Virus record (IMG/VR): IMGVR_UViG_3300010222_000004
Location: 1 to 63,202 of that record
From: a virus
Taxonomy: Duplodnaviria; Caudoviricetes
Reading direction: 5' to 3' (one strand)
Length of the DNA stretch: 63,202 bases
Shown here in pieces: positions 1 to 10,315 of this stretch; position 1 is the stretch's first letter, and the number at the start of each line of letters is the position of its first letter. The notes beneath the pieces were generated by a model. The model saw nothing but the letters and a program-made list of their open reading frames with translations. It did no database searches and was not told the origin of the DNA. The position numbers and the translations under genes are program-made.

Positions 1-1
1 C

Positions 2-856
2 CCCTCAACCCACCGCCCCGAGAACGCGCCCGACATGACCGACTACCGGGCGACAGTCGAGGACATGGGCGAGCACCCCGGCGAGTACGTGACCTCTCGC
101 CTTGAGGCCGAGGAGATCGACAAGAACGCTGGCGAACTGCTCCGCCGGCTGTCCGGCTTCACAGAGGACGGCGAGATGCGGGCCGTCACCGGGCAGAGCG
201 AGGCCGGGATCTCCGCCGCCGGCGTGACGTATCTGGACCTCCAGCAGATCGAAGGCCTCGGCGGCGCGGCCGACAAGTCCACGACGCTGATGTTGATGTT
301 GGGCCAGGTGTATCAGGCGATCAAGCGCTCGCCCGGGGAGGCCGTCTTCGTGATCGACGAGGCGCACTACCTGCTTCAGTCCGAGGAGATGCTGGCGTGG
401 CTCCAGCAGGCGGCCCGGCATTGGCGGCACTACGACGCTGGGCTCTGGTTTGTGAGCCAGCACCCGGATGACTTCGTCGAAGGCGACACCGAGGCGATCC
501 AAGAGCACCTCGACGCGATTCGCGGGCAGACGACCGCGACCACCTTCTTCGCCACCGACGACCTCGGGGACGCGGCGGCCGAGAAGTACGGCCTGAACGC
601 GCCCCAGCGGACGTATATCCGCGCCCGGGCGAACCGCGGCGAGGACGACGTCGGCCATACGGATGCCCTGATGGCCTGGGAAGAACGGGAGGGGTGGCAC
701 CACGTGCAGGTCCGCCTCCCGCCCCTGGAGTTGGCCGTAATCGAGTATGACCCGGCGACCCACGGCGACTTCATCGAGTACCTGCGGCGGACGTGGGAGC
801 GCCACCAGCGACAGGCGCGTGCGGCCGGGCGGGCCGCCGGAGGTGATCGGGCGTGA
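2..856 (+). CDS. VirB4-like/HerA-FtsK family conjugation ATPase, C-terminal part (5' end outside window)
   Basis: Walker B VFVIDEAHYLL and WFVSQHP motif; frame open from window start; GTGA overlap with next gene. Confidence 0.75.
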   Translation, partial: PSTHRPENAPDMTDYRATVEDMGEHPGEYVTSRLEAEEIDKNAGELLRRLSGFTEDGEMRAVTGQSEAGISAAGVTYLDLQQIEGLGGAADKSTTLMLMLGQVYQAIKRSPGEAVFVIDEAHYLLQSEEMLAWLQQAARHWRHYDAGLWFVSQHPDDFVEGDTEAIQEHLDAIRGQTTATTFFATDDLGDAAAEKYGLNAPQRTYIRARANRGEDDVGHTDALMAWEEREGWHHVQVRLPPLELAVIEYDPATHGDFIEYLRRTWERHQRQARAAGRAAGGDRA

Positions 857-3800
857 ACGTCCTTGACCGTCTCCGGGCGACCCACGACGAAGAGCGGTCG
901 GGATACGAGGCGGCCCGGGTGTCCGAGAGCCTCGCCGATCACCTCGCCGGCACCGTCGATCGCAACGCCGTCACCGTTCGGCCGGACAAGGACAACGGCG
1001 GGATTGAGGCGATGGACGAAGTGCTGGAGGCACTGCATACGGTTGAGACGACGTCGCCGGCGCTCCGCAGCGAGACGCAGAACGTCAGCCCTGCCCACGC
1101 CTTCGAGATGCGGTACGCCGCGCCCGATCCGGCGAGCGAGCGCGTGGTAACGCTCCAGTACGTCCCCGGATCGGACGGCCTGGCCGGGACGCTCCGCCGC
1201 CAACTCCAAGGCCAGTATCCGGACTCACACGTCGACACGACGACTGCCGACCTGCTCCCCGCGGTGGGGCCCCGCGCCGATCGGGACAGGGACGGCGATT
1301 CCGAGCGGTACGTCGCTGGCGCGACCCTCACGCTTCGGCGCTACACGCTCTACCCGATCAAGAACGTCGACCTCCCAGGGTTCCGGTCGGATCCGACCGG
1401 GAGCGTCCTAGAGGAAATGGTCGGCGCGCAGGAGGACGCCGACACGGGCGCCGACGTCGCGGTGCAAATCATGTTCAAGCCCGCGCGGCGGACGTGGACG
1501 CAGGGCGTCCCGGAGGGCCACGGGACCGCCGACGCCGGCGACGAGCGGATCACCGGCGCGCCGGGAATTAGGGACCTGTCGTACAACCTGACCCAACCGA
1601 CCTACGAAAAGAGTCCGCTCCCGGCAGGGACGATCCCCGGCCTCGGGTGGATTCCGAAGGTCGGCTACGAGGTCCTTGAGCAACCGCCGACGAAGGTCGA
1701 CAAACAGGTGGCGACGCTCCTCGAGGAGCAACAGGGCGAGAAGGGCTGGCGGCTCTGCCTGCGCGTGCTCGCCGTCAGCGCCGATCCCGAGGTGGCGGTC
1801 GACCGCGCGGCGAAGACGGCCGGGATGTTCCGGAATTTCTACGAAAGCAACACGGAACAGACGTTCGTCCCGGAGCCGCTCACCGGCGACGCCTTAGCGG
1901 ACGCCGTCGAGCGCGCCGGCCGCCGCGAGTTCCACGAGCAGGGGATCGTCAAAGCCCAGCGCGAGGTAGCGGGACTCGTGAACGTGCCGGCGGCCGAGCA
2001 CGTCACCACGAACAAGCTCCGGTGGTCGATGTCGAAGCCCGGCGAGGGGATCCCGCCGGGGACCCCGCGGTTCGATTTTGACGGCCACGGCGTGCCGGCG
2101 GACGCCAGCACAGAGGAGCGCCAGGTAGCACTGCTTGACGCGGCCGAGGCCGAAGCGCCGTACTGGTACGGGATCGGCGCGCGCCACGGCATCGAGGCGG
2201 GGATCGACGTGGCCGGGATCACGAACCCACACAAGTTTGTTCACGGGGAGTCCGGGACGGGGAAAACGACCTTCTTGGCCGGCGATATTGCCCAAGATCT
2301 CGCCCGTCCCGGCGGCGGGCTCCGGCTGGATCCGACCGGCGACGACGTCGACGACTGGCTCGCGGAGTGGCCCGCCGATCGTCCCGCCGAGGATCTGATT
2401 TACATGGACTTGAGCGGTGACTTCGACCGGATCCCGCGGTTCAACTTCTTGGAGATCCCCGACTACTTGGAGCCCGGCACCCGAGAGTTCGTGGAGTTTC
2501 TAGAAGCGCTGGCCGAGGACATTCTGGAGATGGTCGGGGTCGCCGGCGGATCGGATAACTACGTTGGGGGGCTGATGAAACGGATCGTGAAGACCGTCGT
2601 TCGGGCGATGGGGAAGTTCGATGAGCCCGCCACGCTGTACGACGTCGCCGTCGTCTCGTCCGCCTCGGAGAACCTGGAGCGGCTGGCCAACCGCCTGAGC
2701 GCCGAGCGATACGAGGAACTAACCCACCTCCGCGACCGGATCCAGCAGCTCGCCGAGCACGAAGATAAGAACCTCGACGCTCTCGCCGGCCGCCTAGATG
2801 AGTGGGTCCTGAACGATAACGTCCGAGAACTGATATGCGCCCGGGACCCCACGTTCAGCGTACAGGACGCGGTCGAACAGGGCACGGAGATTTTCGTCCG
2901 GTTCAGCGACTCCGGAAGCGATACGGTGAAACACATGATCGGGAACGCACTCATCACCCGGACGTACTTCGCGCAGCGGCACCACCGGCCGGACGCGCCG
3001 TTCAGTCTGACGGTGGACGAGGCACAGTCGATCATCACCTCGGCCAGTGACATTGAGACGATTATGGATCAGGGGCGGAAGTTCAACTATCGCGTGACGG
3101 TCGCTTGTCAGCGCCCGGCCTCGCAGCTCCCCGACGGCGTCCGGGAGGCGATTCTGGGCAACGCCCGGACGGTGATCTCTTACGCCGCGGGGCGGACGGC
3201 CGAGGCGAAGGCGGTGGTTGACCAACACGACGGGATCGACGCCAGCGACCTCGTCAATCTCGGCCCGTTCACGTTCTACGTGTCAACCGAAGACGCCGAC
3301 CGGAACCCGACCCACTCGTACAAGGTCAACGCCTTTCGCGCCCCGTCATCGGCGCGGGAGATGATCGGGGACCCGGCCCCAACGGACACGGAGGCGCTGA
3401 AGGAGCGCTCCTTGGAGACGTACGGCGTGACTGCGGCGGCCGTGGACGACGGCCGGAGTATCCTCGACGAGCCGCTCCCCGGGGCCGATCCCGGAGCGGG
3501 CGTCTCCGAGGAGCTGACCGTCACCGACGCCGTCGAACGCGCAGTCGTGCAAGGCGTCTACGACACTGCCTGCCGGGCGGGCGACCCGTCGGGGAGCGTC
3601 CCGCTCGGCGACTGTCGCGCGGCGATCATTCGTCGCGTGGCGCGGCTTGATGCGACGCCCGACCGGGCAACGCTCGACGACGACCTCGCAGCCGACGGCG
3701 ACCTGTGGCGCCAGCTCATCCAGCACGTCCCCGACGATCTCCTCGAGATCCGAGAGCGCGACGGGGCGCCGGCACTCCGGGCGACGTCGCCGCGGGCGAC

Positions 3801-4860
3801 GCTCGCGACCGTCGGCGGCGATCAGAGCGCCGGCGGCGCGGGCCACGGCCTGCTCATGTGGGCCGCCTACGCGCCGCTGACGTGGGCCGGCCTTGACGTC
3901 GAGATCCTCGACGCGAGTGGCGACGACCCCGACGCGCTCGTCCGCCCCGCGCCCCCCGCGGAGCAGCACGCGCCGGCGCTCGTCAAGCGGCTGACCGGCG
4001 GCGACGTCGCGCGGCTCGAAGCCGAGCACTCGACCGGACGGAGCAAGCCCGGCATGACCGCCCAGCACGTCCTCCAGGCGGCGACCGAGGGCCGGCAGGC
4101 CGTCGTCCTCGCCCGCCCTGGCGACGCCGCAAACGTCGCCGACACGCTTCGCGCAGCGCCCGCCTACTGTCGGTCGGATCATCCCGTCGATGGCGAGGTG
4201 CGCTACTACACCTCGCCGCGGGACGTCCGCATCGGCGGCGCAGTCATGACCCGCCCCGGCGGTCGCGCGAATGCGTGGGTCAAAGACGAGGCGACCGGCG
4301 AGGTCGTCCTTCGCGACGGGAGCGGGACCGAGTACGCCCGGTTCGAGGATGCCGGCGCGGTGTTTACCGACGCCGGTTCCTACCCACCGGAGGGCGACCG
4401 GACGGTGAAGCAGCCGATCATCCCCGAGATCATTCTTGACGAGGGGGCCGTCGACCCGCACGTCGAGATCCTCGAGGTTCCCGAGGGGGCCGACGAGCTG
4501 GCCGACCTGTCGCTCCGGATCGGGACCGACATGACGGTCTCCGCCGACGCGGTCGGGAGCGAGGATCGGGACGCCGTCGATCACTCGGCCGGGGGCGGCG
4601 AGGAGATCCCCGCGCCGGACGACCTTGACGTCCCGGCGACGGTCGCGCGGTTCTACGACCACTTCCAAGACGTGGCCGAGGCCGACGGAGGAGTATCCGT
4701 CAAGGAAGCCCAGGATCTCGCGGCCGCCAGCGGCGATCCCAAGCTTGACGTGTCGCGGCGGGCCATGCAGGACTGGCTGTCGGCCCTGGTCGACCAAGGC
4801 GCGCTCCGGAGAGAGGACGGCGACCACGCCGCCGATCCGACCACCTACCATCCCCGCTGA
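853..4860 (+). CDS. VirD4/TraD-like coupling ATPase with C-terminal putative PD-(D/E)xK-like and wHTH regions
   Basis: Walker A GESGTGKT, LDPTGD, Walker B LTVDEAQ, ACQRP; distal GH...DPDAL...LEAEHST and terminal HTH-like VSRRAMQDWLSALVDQG. Confidence 0.75.
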   Translation: MNVLDRLRATHDEERSGYEAARVSESLADHLAGTVDRNAVTVRPDKDNGGIEAMDEVLEALHTVETTSPALRSETQNVSPAHAFEMRYAAPDPASERVVTLQYVPGSDGLAGTLRRQLQGQYPDSHVDTTTADLLPAVGPRADRDRDGDSERYVAGATLTLRRYTLYPIKNVDLPGFRSDPTGSVLEEMVGAQEDADTGADVAVQIMFKPARRTWTQGVPEGHGTADAGDERITGAPGIRDLSYNLTQPTYEKSPLPAGTIPGLGWIPKVGYEVLEQPPTKVDKQVATLLEEQQGEKGWRLCLRVLAVSADPEVAVDRAAKTAGMFRNFYESNTEQTFVPEPLTGDALADAVERAGRREFHEQGIVKAQREVAGLVNVPAAEHVTTNKLRWSMSKPGEGIPPGTPRFDFDGHGVPADASTEERQVALLDAAEAEAPYWYGIGARHGIEAGIDVAGITNPHKFVHGESGTGKTTFLAGDIAQDLARPGGGLRLDPTGDDVDDWLAEWPADRPAEDLIYMDLSGDFDRIPRFNFLEIPDYLEPGTREFVEFLEALAEDILEMVGVAGGSDNYVGGLMKRIVKTVVRAMGKFDEPATLYDVAVVSSASENLERLANRLSAERYEELTHLRDRIQQLAEHEDKNLDALAGRLDEWVLNDNVRELICARDPTFSVQDAVEQGTEIFVRFSDSGSDTVKHMIGNALITRTYFAQRHHRPDAPFSLTVDEAQSIITSASDIETIMDQGRKFNYRVTVACQRPASQLPDGVREAILGNARTVISYAAGRTAEAKAVVDQHDGIDASDLVNLGPFTFYVSTEDADRNPTHSYKVNAFRAPSSAREMIGDPAPTDTEALKERSLETYGVTAAAVDDGRSILDEPLPGADPGAGVSEELTVTDAVERAVVQGVYDTACRAGDPSGSVPLGDCRAAIIRRVARLDATPDRATLDDDLAADGDLWRQLIQHVPDDLLEIRERDGAPALRATSPRATLATVGGDQSAGGAGHGLLMWAAYAPLTWAGLDVEILDASGDDPDALVRPAPPAEQHAPALVKRLTGGDVARLEAEHSTGRSKPGMTAQHVLQAATEGRQAVVLARPGDAANVADTLRAAPAYCRSDHPVDGEVRYYTSPRDVRIGGAVMTRPGGRANAWVKDEATGEVVLRDGSGTEYARFEDAGAVFTDAGSYPPEGDRTVKQPIIPEIILDEGAVDPHVEILEVPEGADELADLSLRIGTDMTVSADAVGSEDRDAVDHSAGGGEEIPAPDDLDVPATVARFYDHFQDVAEADGGVSVKEAQDLAAASGDPKLDVSRRAMQDWLSALVDQGALRREDGDHAADPTTYHPR

Positions 4861-4864
4861 TTGG

Positions 4865-4962
4865 GTTCCAACGGCGACCCGCGAGCGCGCCGTTGGAACG
4901 CCTCGCCGTGGCCGTTGGAAGCCGCGCCGTCCTGTGATCTCCCCCGTTGGACGCCGTTGGAA
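4865..4962. repeat. CCGTTGGA iteron array with 12-bp inverted repeat (oriT/operator candidate)
   Basis: GTTCCAACGGCG (4865-4876) / CGCCGTTGGAAC (4888-4899); direct CCGTTGGA at 4890, 4912, 4944, 4954. Confidence 0.75.
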
Positions 4963-5019
4963 ACGCCGAAGGAAATGGGAGGCACCGACGCGACACACAG
5001 CCAGCCGCTGATACCCTAC

Positions 5020-6617
5020 CTTCTACAGCGAGAGAGTCCCGCCGTTCACGGCGGGCGTGAATCGCGCCGGCAGAGAATACAACCGCCGTCTATTGCCGGC
5101 CGGGGGTCTCCTCACGGACGCGCTTCTCGCCTTCGAGGAGCAACCCCTTCCACGTTAATCCGTGGTGCTTCTTCAGTTCCTTCAGTCGCTCGTACTGTTC
5201 ATCGTCATCGAACTCTATCCGTATCTCTACCACATCAACCACACATGAACGACGTGTTTATGTGTATTGCGGTGCTACGGATGATTGATGAAACGGACCA
5301 ACACGTTCGACGTGGTTCCTCAGTCCGAGCAGGACGAGGAGTTGCTTCGGCGTCTGTTGGACGCTTCTGCCGCGCTCTGGAACGAAATCAACTACGAGCG
5401 CCGCGAGAACTACGCCGACCCAGACGCCGACGTGTGGGACATCAGCGAATATCGCGGACGCTACGGTGGCACGCTCGGTGCGTCAACCGTTCAGCAAATC
5501 GAACGGAAGAACCGCGAAGCGTGGCGGTCGTTCTTCGCATTTCAACAGAAAGGCGAGGCCAACGGCAAGCCCGGATACTGGGGCAACGCCGAGGACGGCC
5601 GCGAACTCCGCACGTACATTCGGAACACGTCGTACTCGGTCAAGTGGGGCGAATACTCCCGACTCGAAATACTCGTCGGCCAAGACCTGAAAGAGGAGTA
5701 CGGTCTTGGACACCGCGAGAGGCTTCGGCTTGAAGTCCGGGGAGACCCCAACTGGACGGAATACGACAAACAGGGTCGGTTAGAACTGTACTACGACGAC
5801 AACGCACAGACATTCAGGGCCTTTCAGCCAGTCACTATCGACACTTCTCGACTGGCACACCCACTGGCGGGCGAAACCGCCGCGCTGGATATTGGTGCGA
5901 ACAACCTCGTCGCCTGTACAACGACGACCGGCACGCAACTACTGTACGAAGGGCGCGACCTGTTCGAGCGGTTCCGCGAGACGGCGCGAGAAATCGCCCG
6001 GTTGCAGTCGCTCTTGAACGACGGCCAGTACAGCAGTCACCGCATCCGGCGGCTGTACGACCGCCGAACCAAACGACGCAACCACGCCCAAGACGCGCTC
6101 GCCCGCGACCTCATCGAACGGTTGCACGGCGAGGGTGTTTCGACAGTGTACGTCGGGGCGTTAACGGACGTGCTGGACACGCACTGGTCGATCGAAGTGA
6201 ACGCCAAGACGCACAACTTCTGGGCGTTCCGGCAGTTCATCGACCGACTCGCGTGTACCGCCGAGGAGTACGGTATCACGGTCGAAGTCCGCTCGGAAGC
6301 GTGGACTTCCCAAGAGTGCCCGAACTGCGGGTCGACCGACCGAACGACGCGCCACCGAGACACGCTGACGTGTCCGTGCGGCTTCGAGGGCCACGCGGAC
6401 CTCACCGCAAGCGAGACGTTCCTGAGACGGCAGACGACAGTATCACGGCCGATGGCACGGCCTGTGCGCCTCAAGTGGGACGACCATTCATGGTCAGAGC
6501 CACCACGCTCTTGTCCCAACGAGGAGCGCACGAACCCGCAAGTTGCCTCCGTGGGACCGGCATAGCCGAGACCCCCAGCGTGAGGAAACCTCGGCGTTTA
6601 CGCCGGGGAGGATGTCA
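5020..6617 (+). mobile_element. IS200/IS605-family (IS1341-type, tnpB-only) element
   Basis: Left hairpin CCCGCCGT-TC-ACGGCGGG (5038-5055), right hairpin CCTCGGCGT-TT-ACGCCGGGG then AGGATGTCA; ends approximate. Confidence 0.8.
5288..6565 (+). CDS. tnpB: RNA-guided endonuclease TnpB
   Basis: RuvC-I AALDIG, Zn finger CPNC...CPC, RuvC-III HADLTAS. Confidence 0.92.
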   Translation: MKRTNTFDVVPQSEQDEELLRRLLDASAALWNEINYERRENYADPDADVWDISEYRGRYGGTLGASTVQQIERKNREAWRSFFAFQQKGEANGKPGYWGNAEDGRELRTYIRNTSYSVKWGEYSRLEILVGQDLKEEYGLGHRERLRLEVRGDPNWTEYDKQGRLELYYDDNAQTFRAFQPVTIDTSRLAHPLAGETAALDIGANNLVACTTTTGTQLLYEGRDLFERFRETAREIARLQSLLNDGQYSSHRIRRLYDRRTKRRNHAQDALARDLIERLHGEGVSTVYVGALTDVLDTHWSIEVNAKTHNFWAFRQFIDRLACTAEEYGITVEVRSEAWTSQECPNCGSTDRTTRHRDTLTCPCGFEGHADLTASETFLRRQTTVSRPMARPVRLKWDDHSWSEPPRSCPNEERTNPQVASVGPA

Positions 6618-6640
6618 TGCGGTGCCAATCCCCTGCTGCT

Positions 6641-6700
6641 GTTGCACCAGCAGATACAACAAGAGTTAAGTGGTTGGGTGTTGTAGTAGCAAATGCAACA
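6641..6700 (+). promoter_or_regulatory. Promoter (TTAA box) with GTTG(C/T)A / T(A/G)CAAC operator repeats
   Basis: TTAAGTGGTTGGGTG at 6666-6680, identical 15-mer at 60644-60658. Confidence 0.55.
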
Positions 6701-6713
6701 GAGGAATACCACA

Positions 6714-8147
6714 ATGGCTGCACCCAACGTCACTCTGGACGGCGACGAACTGACCATCGAGATCACCAAAGGCAACAAGCAGTGGGTTGCCGAAATCACC
6801 GGTACAGACGCCCAGTACGACCTTGACCGGAATTTCGTCAGCCCGTACGGGCGGGGGACGGAAACCGTCGCGGTCGAGACCGGCGACATCATCGAGCGCG
6901 TCTATTACAGCCACTCCGGCAACGAGAAGGGTCGCGTCTACTGGATCGTCCACGAGGGCGAGCTGGTCGAGATCGATCAGGACAACGTCGACGACGCGCT
7001 GGAGACTCCCGAACGCTACTACCCCGAGCCCGAAACGCACGAGTGCGAGGAGTGCGGCGACGAATTCGACAGCGAGCACGGCCTCGCTGTCCACGACGGG
7101 CGTGTCCACGACGACAGCGACGACACGGCCGGGAGCGAACCCGAAGGCAGTGCCGATGCAGAAGACATGTCAGTTGCAGTTGCCGATGGCGGCGTTATGA
7201 CCGACGGCGGCGATGAGACGGATTGGGATCTCGTCGCCGGCGACGAACCGAGTCGCAACGGTACGCGCCGAATCGTGACTGCCGACGAAGCTCGGACGCC
7301 ACACACTGGTCGGTCAACGCACTATGACCAACTGCTCGGGGTCACGATGGAAACCGGGAGTGAATATACCGGCGACACGATCCAGTATGTTCGCATCCGG
7401 CCGCAGGTTCCCACGCGAGCGCGGGGGGCGACCGGGACTGAATGGCTCTGCCGCCTTGCTGTTGACCAAGGAGACTACGACGATCTCTACGGGGACAGGG
7501 ACGCTGACGACCCGCTCCCAGCCTATCAGCCAGAGACGACCGGAGACTACCGCGACGCCGACCCCGAAGACCCCCGCGGGGACGGCGTCTACGTGCGCGA
7601 CGATGCAGACTCGCCACTGACGGCGGAGATAGCGGATGTTGTCACGCGCGAGGGGGGCCGCATCCCGATAGATTTCTCGGCGGCGGTCCAAAATGAGGGA
7701 TACGCACGGAGCCGCGACTGGACGGTCTACGCGCCTGCTCACAACCCCTATCATGTCGCCGCGGCAGTAACCGACGTGCTGCGCGATGCTGCCGGCGTCT
7801 CGGAGATCCGCGTGCATGTCTCGGACAAGCCGGCGTCGCGGATTGCCAGTGACCTCCGGGCAACGGGAATCGGATACATCTTCGACCGAGACGACGAGGC
7901 CGACCGCATCGAGCGGTCACTCCGAGAGCTGCGGTGGGAGTCTGGCCTTCCGGTCGGCCGGCAGCGCATCCTCCAGAGTGTCCCCAGCGAGGCACGCGAG
8001 CGAGTGCAGGAGGCTGACTTTGACGGTCAGATGGCAGACTACGAGTCAGAGCTCCGCACCGTACACCAGCGTCCCGGCGACGCCTGGGACTACCACGAGG
8101 TCCACATCCATATCAGCGAAGAGGCCGCCGATCCCTACTACGGATAA
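6714..8147 (+). CDS. Hypothetical multidomain protein with C2H2 zinc finger
   Basis: ECEECGDEFDSEHGLAVHDGRVH; acidic ORF; alternative start 6693. Confidence 0.75.
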   Translation: MAAPNVTLDGDELTIEITKGNKQWVAEITGTDAQYDLDRNFVSPYGRGTETVAVETGDIIERVYYSHSGNEKGRVYWIVHEGELVEIDQDNVDDALETPERYYPEPETHECEECGDEFDSEHGLAVHDGRVHDDSDDTAGSEPEGSADAEDMSVAVADGGVMTDGGDETDWDLVAGDEPSRNGTRRIVTADEARTPHTGRSTHYDQLLGVTMETGSEYTGDTIQYVRIRPQVPTRARGATGTEWLCRLAVDQGDYDDLYGDRDADDPLPAYQPETTGDYRDADPEDPRGDGVYVRDDADSPLTAEIADVVTREGGRIPIDFSAAVQNEGYARSRDWTVYAPAHNPYHVAAAVTDVLRDAAGVSEIRVHVSDKPASRIASDLRATGIGYIFDRDDEADRIERSLRELRWESGLPVGRQRILQSVPSEARERVQEADFDGQMADYESELRTVHQRPGDAWDYHEVHIHISEEAADPYYG

Positions 8148-8656
8148 TGACCGACGACCATACCACCACGTTCCGCGTCGAATTTATCAGCGGCGAGACA
8201 GTCGATATGGAGTTCGGAAATGGGGCCGCCGAGTCCCTCCGGGAGCTGCTCCCGCAGGCAACGACGATGCTTGGCTGTCCCGACTGCGGCAATCTCGTCC
8301 CTGTGACTGGCGGTATTCCAAAGCGGGAGATGCCCCGGTGTGCACACTGTGAGGACGAACTGACTGGTGTCACGGAGGTCCACGAGCTTCACCAGGCGGG
8401 GGAGACACTGATCAGTCAGACGGCAACTGAAGACTGGCGCGAGCGGGCAGCACAGCTTTGCGAGCACGGCGTCCCTGAGCAGCGTGCGAACGTGGTCGCG
8501 CTCCGGGAGCAGGGTCGCTCTTACAGCGAGATCGCAGCAGAACTCGAGTTTGGAGAGGACGGCCGTGACCGATCGCAGGTCACGTATCACATTGACTCGT
8601 ATCGCGAGCAACTCTCGAATTCCGAGTGGCTCGTACAGCACGCCCCGGATATCTAG
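8147..8656 (+). CDS. Zn-ribbon + HTH DNA-binding protein
   Basis: CPDC...CAHC and GRSYSEIAAEL. Confidence 0.7.
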   Translation: MTDDHTTTFRVEFISGETVDMEFGNGAAESLRELLPQATTMLGCPDCGNLVPVTGGIPKREMPRCAHCEDELTGVTEVHELHQAGETLISQTATEDWRERAAQLCEHGVPEQRANVVALREQGRSYSEIAAELEFGEDGRDRSQVTYHIDSYREQLSNSEWLVQHAPDI

Positions 8657-8914
8657 TCGCCGCATCCGTGTCTCCTCGGCGACAAGCACTCGGCGAATGG
8701 CAGCCCCGAGCGTGGGGCAGTCCTCCGGTGCTTAACTGTTATCAGGCGCTAAGTCTCCTTCCTCAACGAGTGCCGGGTTTCCGACACGGGTCGGAAGCAC
8801 AAGCGAGTAGGGAGGGGATACAGCGCCGTCATCGTCTGTCTTACGTGCGATACTGCCGGCCCACAGGCCCACGAATCGACACACTTTTGTCTATCCATGG
8901 TCTATACAATGGTA

Positions 8915-9061
8915 ATGGATCGGTTCGAAATCGACGGCCACGAAGTTCTCGACGGCACCGCAAAACCGTCGGGGAATAGTGCCCACGTCATCGTTCCAAA
9001 GCGGTGGCGGGGGGCCGACGTGAAGGTCGTCCGCGTTTCCGAACCCGATTCAGACGAGTAG
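8915..9061 (+). CDS. DUF2080-like transposon-associated small protein
   Basis: MDRFEIDGHEVLDGTAKPSGNSAHVIVPKRWRGADVKVVRV; not in ORF track (48 aa). Confidence 0.8.
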   Translation: MDRFEIDGHEVLDGTAKPSGNSAHVIVPKRWRGADVKVVRVSEPDSDE

Positions 9062-9071
9062 TCCACCGTTT

Positions 9072-10310
9072 ATGCGGTACAACTACAAGCACCGACTCAT
9101 GCCGTCCGAAGCCATCCGCAAGGCGCTTCAGCGGCACATCGATGTGTGTCGGCAACTGTACAACCACTGCCTCTACGAACTCAACGAATCCGACGACGGT
9201 ATCCCAGAGCGCTACGACCTCCAAGGGCAACTCCCCGACCTCAAACAGTGGTGGACCGACCTGAACGACGTTCACTCGAAGGTGCTTCAGATGGTCGTCA
9301 AGCGCGTCTATGACAATCTTTCGACGCTCAAAGCTCAGAAAGAGAACGGACGCGCCGTCGGGATGCTCAAGTGGAAGCGGCCTCGGGACTACCGTTCACT
9401 CACCTACAACCAGACCGGCTTCAAGCTCAAGAATACGAGCGGTCGGCCTACGTTGTGGTTGAGCAAGATTGGCGACGTACCGATCCGGCTTCACCGCGAG
9501 ACCCCCGACGATTCGACAGTGAAACAAGTCACGGTCAAACGCGAGCCCACGGGCGACTGGTTCGCCGTCCTCGGGATCGAAACCGAAGACGATGCACCAC
9601 CCAAACCTGAGCCCGCCGAGACGTACGTCGGGATCGACGTTGGTGTCCTGAGGTACGCCCACGACACCGACGGCCACTCGTTCGATGGTCCCGACCTCTC
9701 CGATGAACGCGAGCGGTTGGAACGCGCCCAACGCAAGCTTTCGCGGAAGGAAGCCGGGTCGAACAACTGGGAAAAACAACGCAAGACCGTCGCCCGGCGA
9801 CACGCCGACCTCAAACGGAAGCGCCGCGACTTCCTACACAAGCTCTCGGCGTACTACGCTCGGGAATACGACCTCGTAGCGGTCGAAGACCTCGATGCAA
9901 AGGGCTTGGTCGAACTCCCGGGCAACTCTCGCAACCGCGCCGGAGCGGCATGGGGGACGTTCCTGCGGATGCTTGAATACAAGTGCGAACGCGAAGGAAC
10001 GCACTTCGTTGCGATCGATCCGGCAGGGACGACCAAAGAGTGTGCTGAGTGTGGCGTCGAAACCGAAAAACCGCTGTGGGTGCGCGAGCACTCCTGTCCG
10101 AGTTGTGGGTTTGAGGTGGACCGGGACCTCAACGCGGCGTACAACATCCTTTCTCGCGGACTCGAACAAGTAGGAGTGGATCACTCCGAATCAATGCCTG
10201 TGGAGACTGCGCTCCCTACGGGGACTCATTCGGTTCCTGCACAGCGCGTCGTTGAACCAGGAAGCCCCGCCCTCAAGGAAGCCGCGAAGCGGCTGAGTAG
10301 GGCGGGGTAG
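9072..10310 (+). CDS. tnpB: RNA-guided endonuclease TnpB (canonical D-E-D)
   Basis: GIDVG, AVEDL, DRDLNAA, CAEC...CPSC. Confidence 0.95.
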   Translation: MRYNYKHRLMPSEAIRKALQRHIDVCRQLYNHCLYELNESDDGIPERYDLQGQLPDLKQWWTDLNDVHSKVLQMVVKRVYDNLSTLKAQKENGRAVGMLKWKRPRDYRSLTYNQTGFKLKNTSGRPTLWLSKIGDVPIRLHRETPDDSTVKQVTVKREPTGDWFAVLGIETEDDAPPKPEPAETYVGIDVGVLRYAHDTDGHSFDGPDLSDERERLERAQRKLSRKEAGSNNWEKQRKTVARRHADLKRKRRDFLHKLSAYYAREYDLVAVEDLDAKGLVELPGNSRNRAGAAWGTFLRMLEYKCEREGTHFVAIDPAGTTKECAECGVETEKPLWVREHSCPSCGFEVDRDLNAAYNILSRGLEQVGVDHSESMPVETALPTGTHSVPAQRVVEPGSPALKEAAKRLSRAG

Positions 10311-10315
10311 TTCAC

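Larger units (their letters stand above)
8736..10315 (+). mobile_element. IS200/IS605-family element (DUF2080-like + tnpB) inserted after CTTAA
   Basis: Structured left end GGCGCT...AGCGCC, right end CCCCGCCCT...AGGGCGGGGTAGTTCAC; removal rejoins TTAA|CCAACAGG into an intact palindrome. Confidence 0.85.

Noticed and set aside
4861-5733. 290-aa ORF spanning the iterons and IS left end
   Set aside because: Arg/Pro-rich and non-acidic; overlaps tnpB out of frame and crosses non-coding repeats.
5288-6565. Nuclease-dead TnpB (TldR-like)
   Set aside because: The missing RuvC-II E appears compensated by the E before the Zn finger, and both IS ends are intact.
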